64,000 nt of DNA, taken from the IMG/VR virus record IMGVR_UViG_3300043436_004687, positions 62,001-126,000 of that record; one strand, given 5' to 3'. Positions 19,380-29,613 of this stretch are shown here, in pieces. Within the stretch, counting starts at the first letter, position 1. Each line of letters opens with the position of its first letter. The notes below the pieces were generated by a model, which was not told where the DNA came from, did no database searches, and was given only the letters and a program-made list of their open reading frames with translations. A program made the translations under genes and the position numbers.

Positions 19380-19677
19380 GTATTTTGGGTAAAAGAGTTA
19401 AATAATGTGTACTACCTTTATTGGACACTGTTGTGAAATATTCATTAGATACTAGGGCCACATCTAATTTATTACAAGTTTTTATTTCTACTTCTATATC
19501 TCTTTCCCTATATTCAATTATCTTCTTTATTAAAGAAAATTTTGACATAATAAATGAAGTTTCATTATCTAAACCTTCCAATTCAATTATCTCACCCTCA
19601 CTATTTTTTTCTATTGCATTTATGGTTATTATTCTTTTATTTGTTATTTTTAACCAAAGTTTTAATAAACAATTCAT
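19366..19677 (-). CDS. hypothetical protein
   Basis: 103-aa ORF. Confidence 0.6.
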   Translation of the reverse strand: MNCLLKLWLKITNKRIITINAIEKNSEGEIIELEGLDNETSFIMSKFSLIKKIIEYRERDIEVEIKTCNKLDVALVSNEYFTTVSNKGSTHYLTLLPKIQKSR

Positions 19678-19718
19678 CGAGTTATTTTAAGAATAAATAT
19701 AACTAAAATATTTTAAAA

Positions 19719-20153
19719 TTATGATTTACATTTACAATTCACACAAGTGCCACATTCACTTTCAGTTAACTTAACAAATATATTTAAATTTATTAAAGAT
19801 TGGTAAACTTCTTTATTCCATTTACCAAAACTACCCTTAATTAATTCATCAAATGTTGTGAATTTAACTACATGTGGTTCTTTTTCAAAATCAAAATTAA
19901 TTTCACCAGAATAATCAGCTAAATAAGTGTAACCCATTCTACCACCCTTAGATTTTGCATAAACCAATCTCAAATTATCTATTTTTAAACCAGTTTCTTC
20001 AAATGTTTCTCTAATGGCACCTTCCTCTGGTGAATTATCAAAATCTTCTAAAGACCCACCTGGTAAACCAAAATCATTATGGTCATTTTTTCTTGAAACA
20101 CCTAAAACATAACCCCCTGGGTTAATTAAAACTACTTGTACCGTACCTATCAT
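19719..20153 (-). CDS. Nudix hydrolase
   Basis: Nudix box GGSLEDFDNSPEEGAIRETFEETGL. Confidence 0.9.
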   Translation of the reverse strand: MIGTVQVVLINPGGYVLGVSRKNDHNDFGLPGGSLEDFDNSPEEGAIRETFEETGLKIDNLRLVYAKSKGGRMGYTYLADYSGEINFDFEKEPHVVKFTTFDELIKGSFGKWNKEVYQSLINLNIFVKLTESECGTCVNCKCKS

Positions 20154-20202
20154 TTTATCTCATTTATTAATTTACGTTATTTATTACCATATTCATTTTT
20201 TT

Positions 20203-21033
20203 CTAATTTGAATCTAATATAATATGTTTCCAAATTTTACCAAGTTTTATTTTATTTATTGTAGCTGGGTCCACATTGTATTTCTTAGCTAATGAAACAC
20301 CAGATTCATTATTTTTTAAACGTTTTTTAATCTCAATAACTTTAAAATCGGTTAATTTAGCTAAATGACATTGTTCACCATGATATGAATCCCTACATTT
20401 TTGTTTAACAATATCGCTAGTCTTTTTACCATAATTATGATTTTTATCACCAATTTGAGCTAAACTAATTTTTAATTTTCTTTCTTCGGTGGCTGGTTTA
20501 GTTTTATAACCAGATTTACCTTTATTCCAAGCTGGATAATTTTTTGCTTTACCTTTACTTGCTTTAGACATTTTTTCTTTAGTTTCAATGGACTTTAAAA
20601 CACCTTTAAACCTTTGACTGGTTTTTATTCTACATAATTCAGAAGGAACTTGACCTTTATGAGAATCGCTTAATCTTTGCTTAGTTAAATCTGAGACAAC
20701 ATAATTATCCCCACCTGTTGTTAAATTATAACCATCAATAAATGTTTTATGTTCATTTATTAATTCTTTCTCTTTCTCGTTTAAAATTTTAACTATTTGA
20801 TGTTTATCTGTTTCATTTTCTATTAAATAAATCACTTCAAATTTAAAAAATTCCTTACCATTTTTTTTATAACTTGCTTGTAAATATTTATTTGTATGTA
20901 TTCCTTTATTTAAAGCATATTTATGTTTGGCGATCCTCTCCTTAACATTTATTGATTGACCTATATAACCAGCCATTGTTTTAATATTTGTTATTTTATA
21001 AATCCCAGCTTTATTCCCTTCTAACTTATTCAT
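20203..21033 (-). CDS. GIY-YIG homing endonuclease with NUMOD3 repeats
   Basis: GIYKI...YIGQS, YNLTTGG, repeated S.ETK.KMS-type motifs. Confidence 0.9.
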   Translation of the reverse strand: MNKLEGNKAGIYKITNIKTMAGYIGQSINVKERIAKHKYALNKGIHTNKYLQASYKKNGKEFFKFEVIYLIENETDKHQIVKILNEKEKELINEHKTFIDGYNLTTGGDNYVVSDLTKQRLSDSHKGQVPSELCRIKTSQRFKGVLKSIETKEKMSKASKGKAKNYPAWNKGKSGYKTKPATEERKLKISLAQIGDKNHNYGKKTSDIVKQKCRDSYHGEQCHLAKLTDFKVIEIKKRLKNNESGVSLAKKYNVDPATINKIKLGKIWKHIILDSN

Positions 21034-21096
21034 AATTTTAATTTATATATAAATATGGAAATTTAATTTAAAAAACGGTACTTTATCAATATTTTA

Positions 21097-21846
21097 TTAT
21101 AATTTATTAATAAGTACAATATTAGTTGCTATATTAGTTCCAGAATTTTTAAAAACACCTTTTTCTATTGGTAATATAGTTGCATTGACTTTGTTCAACC
21201 AAATTCTAAAATCAACACATTTCTTCTCCATTGAGAACTCCCAATGCGTTGACATTAGAGAAACTAAACGCCCACCCTCACTTAGAACTTCGTACATTTT
21301 AAGTACATGAGAAATATCAGAATTCTTACTGAATGGTGGATTCCCTATTATTTTATTCCAACCAGTTGAATTATTTTTCCCAACGTCAACTAAAAAATCT
21401 TTTCCAAACATAGATATTGCCGTTGGAATTTTATTTAAGAAGGTCCTATTAACATCCATTAACTCAAAATAATCTACCTCTAATTCTGGGAATTTTCTAT
21501 TTATTGCTTTGATAATGGCACCTTGACCAGCTGATGGTTCCAAAACCCAATCATTTTCTTTTAAATCAGCCAACTCAACCAGATAATCAGCAAGATCATC
21601 TGGAGTTGCAAAGAACTGAAATTCTTTCTTTAAATTTCTAGATTCACCATTTGCTATTTGTTCTAATAATTCAGTAGGATCTTCATTGAAGACAAACCCC
21701 ATAACTTTATTACCTTTCCATTTACCACCGATCAATTCTAATGCCTTGGCAACTTCCTGATAAAGTTTTCTATCTAATTTTACATCTGGTAATTTAACCA
21801 CTAACCCCTCGACAACACATTGCTGTAATATTTCTTCTTTATTCAT
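21097..21846 (-). CDS. N6-adenine-type DNA methyltransferase
   Basis: FFATP, VLEPSAGQG, GNPPF. Confidence 0.85.
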   Translation of the reverse strand: MNKEEILQQCVVEGLVVKLPDVKLDRKLYQEVAKALELIGGKWKGNKVMGFVFNEDPTELLEQIANGESRNLKKEFQFFATPDDLADYLVELADLKENDWVLEPSAGQGAIIKAINRKFPELEVDYFELMDVNRTFLNKIPTAISMFGKDFLVDVGKNNSTGWNKIIGNPPFSKNSDISHVLKMYEVLSEGGRLVSLMSTHWEFSMEKKCVDFRIWLNKVNATILPIEKGVFKNSGTNIATNIVLINKL

Positions 21847-21869
21847 TTATTAAATTTTTTTATTTTTCA

Positions 21870-22184
21870 TTATATTATTTTAATTAAATCACCTTCAATT
21901 AATGAATTATCTTGAAGATTATCGATATGAATCATATTATCTTTTTTAAACACAACTACTTTACCACTTTCTTTATTGGTCGGATTGAACATATCACCCT
22001 TCAATTCTATTACCACACCTGAATTATCATCCAATAATAATGATATGGTTCTTGCAAATATTAATGAACTGTTAAGCCAATCTTTTGATTCATCTTTATG
22101 AGTTTTATCATTTGGTTTGGTATAATTAACATTAGAACGATTTTCTAATTCATTTTTTAATTTCTTTTCAATCATTTTTCTCAT
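21870..22184 (-). CDS. hypothetical protein
   Basis: 104-aa ORF. Confidence 0.65.
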   Translation of the reverse strand: MRKMIEKKLKNELENRSNVNYTKPNDKTHKDESKDWLNSSLIFARTISLLLDDNSGVVIELKGDMFNPTNKESGKVVVFKKDNMIHIDNLQDNSLIEGDLIKII

Positions 22185-22614
22185 TTATTAAATATTTTTT
22201 AATTTCTTCCCAATTATCAAATTTATTACCAACCCCAAAATGTAACAATTCACCCTCAAATTCAGTTTGCCCATCATTAAGACAATCGTCAATTAGGTAA
22301 TCACCCTTAACAAGGCTCTTATCACTACATATTATCAACTTTTGACAGAAATCTAAACCAAAGTACTTCTCAACCCAAATTCGCTTCTCTGTGTAACATA
22401 ATGGATTAATATATGAAGCTCTGGTTAAAATCCAAACATCATAATAATTCATCAACTCTTTAACACTTTCTATGGCATTCTCAATAGGTTCAAGATTAGC
22501 AAAAAAACCCCAATTTGATTGGGGAAATTTATTTGTTTCTTCATTATAATATTTTCTATAAGAACCAATGAAATCGGCTAATGTACCATCAATATCTATA
22601 AAAAGTCTTTTCAT
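22168..22614 (-). CDS. 5'(3')-deoxyribonucleotidase (HAD family)
   Basis: FIDIDGTLADF, EKR.WV, GDYLIDD. Confidence 0.9.
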   Translation of the reverse strand: MKRLFIDIDGTLADFIGSYRKYYNEETNKFPQSNWGFFANLEPIENAIESVKELMNYYDVWILTRASYINPLCYTEKRIWVEKYFGLDFCQKLIICSDKSLVKGDYLIDDCLNDGQTEFEGELLHFGVGNKFDNWEEIKKYLINEKND

Positions 22615-23202
22615 TTAATTAAACCATTTTAACTCAGTACTGCCTTTATAACCATTTTCCCATATATACCAACAATATGCTACAGCTGAACTATCGGTAA
22701 AATTACCATCTTTTGAACATAATAACCTAGAACTAGATACATATACGGTTTTAGGTGGGTATTTTAAAAATAATTTCTTTCTACCTTTACCCTCTAAAAA
22801 CTGCAATTTTAAAAACATAACAACTTTACTACCAATTGGTACCGAATTTATTGATTTTTCAACCCATTCAGCGGCCATATTATAAGGTGGGTTAGTAATA
22901 ATAGAACCATTAAATTTTAAATCCGTTTTTAAAAAATCTATAATTTCCATATTATCATGTCTCTTTATTAAATCAGAGCATTTTACATTATAACCAGCAT
23001 CAATTAAAACATTGGCGATATGATTTTCACCGCATGCATTTTCCCAAATATTATTTTCAAAAGTTTCTAATTCCAGTAGCAGTTAAACTGCTACTGGGTT
23101 TGTTCGATAAAAATCATTATCTTCTCTATCATTATCTGTATGAGAACTAGCTCCAAGTGTTTTAAATACACTATTTTTATCTCCAACCCAATCTTTACCC
23201 AT
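22615..23202 (-). pseudogene. adenine DNA methyltransferase interrupted by an in-frame TAA at 23083..23085
   Basis: From ATG 23202: MGKDWVGD...DFYRTNPVAV*LLLELETF..IWENACG, then in frame into IITNPPY of the ORF-track 22615..22950. Confidence 0.85.
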
Positions 23203-23209
23203 ATTTTAC

Positions 23210-24112
23210 TTAATTAGTTATTTCGGTTGCAACACCATTTAATTTTATTTCTTTATCTAATTTAACCCAATTAGTTATTTTATTACTATCAAATGGTTTC
23301 CCACCCTCTTTTCTATTTACTGCTAATGTTATATGTGGTATTTTATTTTCAACTGGGAACCCATTTACCATTACAGCAATAGCTAAATCTGAAGTGCCAA
23401 AATGTGTTGCATTTAATTCAACATTACCACCCAACCTTTCTTTTAAATCTTCTGGAAACCCCTTACCAAAAGCAACAGTTAAATGATGCGCAATAACTTC
23501 CCAACCTTCAGGTATATTATCACCTAATTTAATTAAAAGATTGCTTCTAGATGGGTTATCTAAAACTATCGCAGAATACAATATCTTTTTTTGTTTTTCG
23601 CCAGCGGTTTCCACAATTCTTTTAACTGTTAATTCACCACTATTTTTATAAGTTTTAAACATTTTTATAATAGTATCTAAATCAACACCATGAGTATTTC
23701 TATCAGCTAATTCATGTAGAGTTTTACCACCAGTCCCAATGTCAATAATTTTTATATTATCTTCATTAAATCCCATATTTAAAGCAGCTTCTATATATGG
23801 TCTAGCATCACCAATTTTTATATTGGTGATGTCGATTATTATTGGGCTTACACCTTGTTTCATTGAAGTGATAGCATTATTTAAATTGATTGAATGCATT
23901 TTCCCATGATTGGACCAATCATTAGTTTCTTTCATCAATCTAAAATGTTTAGCATAATCACCACGTTCTGAAATAACGTCATCTGTTGAGTGAATAATCC
24001 CCTCACCAACTAATTGTTTAGCTTGTGTTGATTTAGATGAACCTGGGAGACCACGCATTATGATAAGTTTTTGATCAGGTTTTGTAATTTCTATATTAAG
24101 TATGTTTTTCAT
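23210..24112 (-). CDS. polynucleotide kinase fused to a 2H cyclic phosphodiesterase (RNA end-healing, Trl1/CNPase-like)
   Basis: P-loop GLPGSSKST; C-terminal HHLT and HITL 2H motifs. Confidence 0.8.
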   Translation of the reverse strand: MKNILNIEITKPDQKLIIMRGLPGSSKSTQAKQLVGEGIIHSTDDVISERGDYAKHFRLMKETNDWSNHGKMHSINLNNAITSMKQGVSPIIIDITNIKIGDARPYIEAALNMGFNEDNIKIIDIGTGGKTLHELADRNTHGVDLDTIIKMFKTYKNSGELTVKRIVETAGEKQKKILYSAIVLDNPSRSNLLIKLGDNIPEGWEVIAHHLTVAFGKGFPEDLKERLGGNVELNATHFGTSDLAIAVMVNGFPVENKIPHITLAVNRKEGGKPFDSNKITNWVKLDKEIKLNGVATEITN

Positions 24113-24130
24113 ATTGCAAATATAATATTT

Positions 24131-24375
24131 TTATTTTAAACTTTTAAATATTTTAGTTAAATAATTAATTTCTTTTTCAACTAAATCCATCACTTCATTT
24201 GGACTTTCGGCACTAATTAATTTTTTACTAAACCCAATATTAGCATCATAAATAGTTTGTAAACTACAATGAAAACCACAATTTTTATCATATTGTATTA
24301 CGGCTATTGGTATATGAATAGTTTTTCCTAATTTTTCATAACCATCCAATAATTTAGTTTTAACTTCAATCTTAC
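24131..24375 (-). pseudogene. 3' part of a gene interrupted by IS607 (5' part at 26314..26422)
   Basis: Joining the two flanks at G|G gives an open 117-aa frame ...GRWQLR-G-KIEVKTKLLDGYEK... Confidence 0.7.
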
Positions 24376-24446
24376 CTGTTCTTAAAATGACAATTAAATG
24401 TCATTAAATATTAATAACATCAGTTATTAACGAATCTAACGTAAAG

Positions 24447-25604
24447 TTAGATTGCTCGAACCGAGCAATTTTTTAATTTAGTTAAATTTACCCCAATTGG
24501 TTTAAATTCATCAAAATATATTTTTCTTATATTAATAGCACCATTTATATCTCTATCAATATTTAATTCACAATAAGTACAGTTATATTCCCTATCAGTT
24601 ACCTTCAATTCATATTTAACTCTACCACAACAACTACATGTTTTACTTGTGTATTCTTCATCAACTATTTTTACTTCTTTACCATATTTTGTAGCCTTAT
24701 AATTTAATAAATTAACAAATGTTGTTATACTAGATTTAGTATAACTTTTTGATATATTATTTTGCTTTTTACTACCATCTTTCTTAATTAAATTACTTAC
24801 TTCTAATTTACCTATAACTAATATATCTTCATTTAAATTTTTAATATATTTTATTGACTCTTTATGTAAATAATCATTACAACTATTTTTTAATTTAGTG
24901 TAGGCTTTATTTAATTGTTTTTTAGTTTTATTTCTGTTTTTAGAACCCTTCTTTTTCTTACTTAAACTAATATTTAGTTTATTTATTCTATTATTATAAC
25001 TATTAATTAAATTAACACTAAATCGTTTTATTTTAACACCGTTGCTGTCAGTTAAAAGTGTTTTTAAACCTAAATCACAACCTATAACATTAGTATTTTT
25101 ATTTTCTTTTACTCCAATTTCATAATCACAAATAAATGTTAAATAATAACTATTATTTTCTCTAATTAATTTAACCGTTTTATATTTAGTAGGAAATAGT
25201 TCTGTTCCTTTAAACCCTTTTTTTAATTTAGGCAAATAAACTAAATTATTTTTAACTCTAACATCAGTCTCAACAAATTCTATACTATTAAAATTATCTT
25301 TGCCTTTAAATTTAGGAAACCCCTCACCTCTAAAGAAATTATTAAATGATTTATCTACTCTAAATATTATTTCAGATAATGATTTGTTAGGCACATCTTT
25401 CCAAGATGTATCATAATTTTTAATATCAACTAATTCTTTCTTTTGTTCAAATTTATTTAAATATTTACCAGTTGCTTGATAATACCATATTTTTTCTTGT
25501 AAAGCTACATTATAAAGATAATTACATTTTCTTAACCAAAAATCAAATTTTTCTTTATCTGTTTTAGTTATAATTAATTTAATTTTCTTTACTAGATTCA
25601 TCAA
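24447..25604 (-). CDS. tnpB: IS607 TnpB
   Basis: GCDLG, DEEYTSKTCSCC, CTYC, DRDINGA. Confidence 0.92.
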   Translation of the reverse strand: MMNLVKKIKLIITKTDKEKFDFWLRKCNYLYNVALQEKIWYYQATGKYLNKFEQKKELVDIKNYDTSWKDVPNKSLSEIIFRVDKSFNNFFRGEGFPKFKGKDNFNSIEFVETDVRVKNNLVYLPKLKKGFKGTELFPTKYKTVKLIRENNSYYLTFICDYEIGVKENKNTNVIGCDLGLKTLLTDSNGVKIKRFSVNLINSYNNRINKLNISLSKKKKGSKNRNKTKKQLNKAYTKLKNSCNDYLHKESIKYIKNLNEDILVIGKLEVSNLIKKDGSKKQNNISKSYTKSSITTFVNLLNYKATKYGKEVKIVDEEYTSKTCSCCGRVKYELKVTDREYNCTYCELNIDRDINGAINIRKIYFDEFKPIGVNLTKLKNCSVRAI

Positions 25605-26199
25605 TTATATTTTTTAATTTTTCTTTATTTTTATAGCTTCTTAAACCATAAAGTCTTGACGAAAATACGTGTATAATTGACATAAGGTCATTTATCATTT
25701 CTTCTTGTGGTGATAATTTTTCTTCATCGATTATAATTAATTCTACATTATTTTCTTTACATAAATTTTCAATTAATTCAAATCCAAATCTAACTAATCT
25801 ATCTTTATGAGCAATTATTAATTTATTTATTTTTTGTGTTGTAATTTCATTTATTAATTTTAAAAAGTATTTTCGTTTATAATTTAGTCCAGAACCAATA
25901 TCTGAATATAGTTCTGATATATTGATTTGGTTTATTGTACAATAGTTTTCAACAAATTCTATTTGTGTTTTCAAATCATTTTTTTGTGAATGTGATGAAA
26001 CTCTACAATAGCATATTGTTTTTAATTCAATTAGTTCGTTTAATGGTTTATTAATATAATTTAGATATTGTTTATGCGAATATATTTTTCTCCCTTTAGG
26101 TGTAGTTATATCAGGTTTAAGAATATTTAAATTATCCCATCTTTGTATTGTTCTAATGTGAACATTTAATAGTTTAGCAAATTTACCACTTGAATACAT
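25579..26199 (-). CDS. tnpA: IS607 TnpA serine recombinase with MerR-type HTH
   Basis: N-terminal HTH, YCRVSS, DIGSGLN..R, DRLVRFGF. Confidence 0.95.
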   Translation of the reverse strand: MYSSGKFAKLLNVHIRTIQRWDNLNILKPDITTPKGRKIYSHKQYLNYINKPLNELIELKTICYCRVSSHSQKNDLKTQIEFVENYCTINQINISELYSDIGSGLNYKRKYFLKLINEITTQKINKLIIAHKDRLVRFGFELIENLCKENNVELIIIDEEKLSPQEEMINDLMSIIHVFSSRLYGLRSYKNKEKLKNIIDESSKEN

Positions 26200-26414
26200 A
26201 TATTGTTACTTGTTTATTATAAATATAAGGTAAAATAATAAAAGTTAAATAAAATGTAATTAATTTGTTATTTATTTTTACTTTTAGTTATGTTTTAACT
26301 AATAGTTAACTACCTCTTAATTGCCATCTACCAAATTTATCTGGTTTTATATTAATATTATCAATTGAATTGACTTCATTACATTTTTCTATGTAATGAT
26401 AATACCATTTTATT

Positions 26415-26648
26415 TTATTCATCTTTTTTAAATGTGTTAGTAAATAAAAATGAATTTACCACCAAAAGAAATATTGTCCCTAACATCACCACAATTAATT
26501 TCAATAATATTATAAATGGTAATAAAATTGAAGATAGAAACGTAAATTTATAATTAACTATTGTTTCATAAAAACCCCATTTAAGGGCTATAAAAACCCC
26601 AATAACATATATAAAATATAGTAAATATTCTGCTATAATTTTTCTCAT
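26415..26648 (-). CDS. hypothetical membrane protein
   Basis: Two hydrophobic helices. Confidence 0.65.
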   Translation of the reverse strand: MRKIIAEYLLYFIYVIGVFIALKWGFYETIVNYKFTFLSSILLPFIILLKLIVVMLGTIFLLVVNSFLFTNTFKKDE

Positions 26649-27397
26649 TTAATTTTATTTTCTCTTATTATTTCTTTCATTCTTCTAGCACAAGCCAATA
26701 CATAATCCTTAGAATTAAATCCATAGCTACCTATCGCCCACATGTCATTAACTTCAACTAAATATGTTTTACCATCATTTGAAACACCAACATCTAAAGT
26801 ATATGCAGACGGACAATCATTATAACTTGCTATCATCCTAGCAATTCTATTAACATCTGGAAAAACAGTAAAATCACCCAAATAATATTGAATACCTTTT
26901 AATTCACCACTCAACACGAAACATCTAAATTCAGAAACAAATTCCATCACTTCTGATTTAAAAACTTTAGTATCTGCTTTACATTTATCAAAAGTTTCAA
27001 GATAACCTAAGTGAGTTTTACTTTCAATTACACCACCAGTAAACAATTTAACTTGACCCGATGGTTTAACAAAATAAGGAAAATTATTATCTAATTCACC
27101 AAAAGTAGTTTCAACTATATCTCTACCCAAATATTTTTTAAGAGATTTGGGGTATGATAATGATTTTGGTATTGATATATTATTGATTCTAAAATACGCT
27201 TCTGTTGCTTGAACAGAACCTATTATTAAATCTTCATCAACGTTAAATGATTTATTAAGTAGTGTATTTTCCATATCACTACCATCAAATGGGATTACTT
27301 TATACCCACGTTCTATTAAAGCTTGTTTGGAAATGTAAACAAAATCATCCAACCACTCATCACCAGCTTTTTCTAAATATGCGTTAGGTTTTGCCAT
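26645..27397 (-). CDS. ATP-grasp protein (R2K-like clade)
   Basis: FVKP..K.FTG, SEFRCFV, LDVG, VEVND. Confidence 0.8.
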   Translation of the reverse strand: MAKPNAYLEKAGDEWLDDFVYISKQALIERGYKVIPFDGSDMENTLLNKSFNVDEDLIIGSVQATEAYFRINNISIPKSLSYPKSLKKYLGRDIVETTFGELDNNFPYFVKPSGQVKLFTGGVIESKTHLGYLETFDKCKADTKVFKSEVMEFVSEFRCFVLSGELKGIQYYLGDFTVFPDVNRIARMIASYNDCPSAYTLDVGVSNDGKTYLVEVNDMWAIGSYGFNSKDYVLACARRMKEIIRENKIK

Positions 27398-27744
27398 TAC
27401 ATATCGAGAATAAAATTGCTATTTATTTCAAAGTTCTTATCTGTTAAAATCATTGCTTTAGATTCCACACCACCAATGACACTAGGTTCAAGATTAAATA
27501 AAAATGGGAATATTTTACCTAAGAAATATTCTGGTTCATGTTTTTCTCCTAAGTTAGTAACCACATTAATCTCAGGAAATTCATTTTTAAATGATACATT
27601 TAATAACAACAATTTATCTTTTTTAGGTATTCTAGAAGCTGAAGTTATTAAACCTAGTCTAATATCTAATTTTTTTTCTATTTCCAAGAATTCGGAAAAT
27701 GAAATTAATTCTTTTGTTTGCATATATTCTATATTTTTATGCAA
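27397..27744 (-). CDS. stand-alone tRNA-binding OB-fold protein (Trbp111/CsaA-like)
   Basis: LDIRLG.I..A..IP..DKLL.L.V, NL.P..I.GVES.AMIL. Confidence 0.85.
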   Translation of the reverse strand: MHKNIEYMQTKELISFSEFLEIEKKLDIRLGLITSASRIPKKDKLLLLNVSFKNEFPEINVVTNLGEKHEPEYFLGKIFPFLFNLEPSVIGGVESKAMILTDKNFEINSNFILDM

Positions 27745-27773
27745 ATATAAGATAAGTTTTTTAATTAAACAAA
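27742..27773 (-). promoter_or_regulatory. Bacteroidota-type promoter
   Basis: TTTG-20 nt-TATATTTG; the -7 box overlaps the annotated 27744 start, so the true start may be slightly downstream. Confidence 0.55.
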
Positions 27774-27774
27774 T

Positions 27775-28605
27775 TTATTTGAATTTTTCTAAATTAGAAT
27801 GATAATATTGTGAAGCTCTCCTAATTAAATTCTTTTGGACTTTATCGGTCATACTTTCCCAACCAAGAAAATTACCTTTGAAGTCATTTATATAGTCATT
27901 TAAAGAAACGAATTTATTATCTTTCCTAGTATCAGTAAAATTATGAATGCTTGTTTTAGCCATTGCTTGGGTAAACCTAGTATTTATTTCGTGTTGTAAT
28001 TTTAAATATTTTTTATAATATTCTTGTTTGTCAAGATGTTTCACTTCATCACCATTTAACAAGCCACTTAACCCCGTTGGTGTAGTTTGTTTTATATAAT
28101 TTTTAGTACTCTTGGATGAATTAAATTTACCATCACTCCTATAAAAATCATAAGCATGTTGTAATTCATGAATTAAAGTAGAAAATAAATTATCTGAATA
28201 AATTCCAAAATAAATGTCTTTAATATACTCATTTTTATCTTTATTTTTAATAAAATCCTCATTATTTTCAATAAAATGTTCCCAAAATAAATTTTCATCC
28301 TCACGTAAATTTATTTCCCCAGACAATTTATTTTGATAACCCCCGAAATTACCTTTGACCTTTAAATTCTTATCAAATCTTAAAAATAAAGTAAAATCAG
28401 AAACAAATTTATTCAAATTTAAATATTCGAATTTTAAACCCTTAAAAACATTGAAAGAAACATTTGTAGGTTGACTTTGTAAATAATAGCATTTGTCAAT
28501 GAATTGTGAAATGTAATTTTTTAAACAATTATTTGCTAATTTTTCTAACTCTTGTTGAGTTGCATAATCTTCTTTTAATAGAATGTTTTTAACTTTAATT
28601 TTCAT
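27775..28605 (-). CDS. hypothetical protein with HExxH zincin-like motif
   Basis: TLIHELQHAYD. Confidence 0.65.
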   Translation of the reverse strand: MKIKVKNILLKEDYATQQELEKLANNCLKNYISQFIDKCYYLQSQPTNVSFNVFKGLKFEYLNLNKFVSDFTLFLRFDKNLKVKGNFGGYQNKLSGEINLREDENLFWEHFIENNEDFIKNKDKNEYIKDIYFGIYSDNLFSTLIHELQHAYDFYRSDGKFNSSKSTKNYIKQTTPTGLSGLLNGDEVKHLDKQEYYKKYLKLQHEINTRFTQAMAKTSIHNFTDTRKDNKFVSLNDYINDFKGNFLGWESMTDKVQKNLIRRASQYYHSNLEKFK

Positions 28606-28629
28606 AATAATAAATATCTTAAAATAAGA

Positions 28630-28657
28630 AAACCTACTACCAATTGATAATAGGTTT
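28630..28657 (-). terminator. terminator-like hairpin downstream of the tRNA cluster
   Basis: AAACCTATTATC...GTAGTAGGTTT followed by a T-run. Confidence 0.55.
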
Positions 28658-28736
28658 AACTGTCTAGGTAACTGTACACATTCCTAGCAAGACTACCAAT
28701 TTGAAAATAAATTCAGGGAATGGCAACATAATGATG

Positions 28737-28820
28737 AAGAGAGAGGTGGTCGTGACCCACATTCAGTTTCCCGAACCAACAACTTAGCAGGTTGTGCCTA
28801 CCCTGGTAGATTCACTCTCC
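28737..28820 (-). tRNA. tRNA-Ser(GCU), atypical T loop
   Basis: Anticodon arm ACAAC-CTGCTAA-GTTGT, long variable arm, T arm GTGG-GTCACGA-CCAC. Confidence 0.75.
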
Positions 28821-28829
28821 ATTTATTTG

Positions 28830-28900
28830 CTCTTCCATCCAGACTCGAACTGGAAATAACTGATTAACAGTCAGACGTGATACCATTTCACTATGAAAGA
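28830..28900 (-). tRNA. tRNA-Asn(GUU)
   Basis: Acceptor TCTTTCA/TGGAAGA, anticodon loop CTGTTAA, T loop GTTCGAGT. Confidence 0.9.
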
Positions 28901-29108
28901 ATTTATTTTTTTGTTAATTTCAGAATCTTTTGTTTAGTATTTTTCTACATATCATCTTCTAAGTATTTTTCTAAATTACCTTCATTTAATTTAGAAATAA
29001 TAGTATTAATAATTTCATCTCTTTTATTTTTTAAACTAGGGTTATTAAATATAAAAATTAAATCTACAAAATCACCAATTAATAAGGTTTGATTTTCAGT
29101 TAATACCA

Positions 29109-29516
29109 TTATTTGTCTTTAAGATTTTCTCTAACTAAACGTTTAATTATGTCTTTATTTTCCTCTAAACCATTTTTAGCTTTCTTCTCCATTTTTTCTA
29201 ATCTATCATAATAATCAACAAATTCTGAAACATGATCAGTGGCTATTTCTCTAGCTTTTTCAATATCATCAGTGTGTTCTAATTCGACACCAATACCTTT
29301 ATCTATTTGTTTATTTATTACTGAAATATCAACACCATATTTCTTAGCTAAATCACTAATCGTTAAATTATCAGCATTACCACCAACCAATTTATTTTCT
29401 TCATTTATATTAGCATGCAAGGCTGCCATATATTTATTAACATCACCCTTTGTACAACCAATTTTATCATTGGTCCCTTTATGAAAAATACATTTACCCC
29501 TAATTTCGTATTGCAT
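29109..29516 (-). CDS. DUF5661-like phage protein
   Basis: GIGVELEHT..AREIA.DH...YY.RL..ME. Confidence 0.7.
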   Translation of the reverse strand: MQYEIRGKCIFHKGTNDKIGCTKGDVNKYMAALHANINEENKLVGGNADNLTISDLAKKYGVDISVINKQIDKGIGVELEHTDDIEKAREIATDHVSEFVDYYDRLEKMEKKAKNGLEENKDIIKRLVRENLKDK

Positions 29517-29535
29517 AATTTTTAATTTATTTTTG

Positions 29536-29608
29536 TGTCCCTATCAGGATTCAAACCTGAAAAATTTGGTTAGAAGCCAAATATGATATTCATTTTCATC
29601 ATAAGGAC
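29536..29608 (-). tRNA. tRNA-Arg(UCU)
   Basis: Acceptor GTCCTTA/TAGGGAC, anticodon arm TTTGG-CTTCTAA-CCAAA. Confidence 0.88.
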
Positions 29609-29613
29609 TTTTG

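Larger units (their letters stand above)
24376..26313 (-). mobile_element. complete IS607-family element (tnpA + tnpB)
   Basis: Serine-recombinase tnpA overlapping tnpB; G|G junctions at both ends; removal restores the host ORF. Confidence 0.85.

Noticed and set aside
24376-26313. IStron (group I intron plus IS607)
   Set aside because: Only about 115 nt lie upstream of tnpA, all AT-rich promoter-like sequence; no room for a group I core.
28658-28735. Extra tRNA or 21-aa ORF downstream of tRNA-Ser(GCU)
   Set aside because: No cloverleaf; only a short CTAGG/CCTAG stem before a terminator, and no independent support for the ORF.
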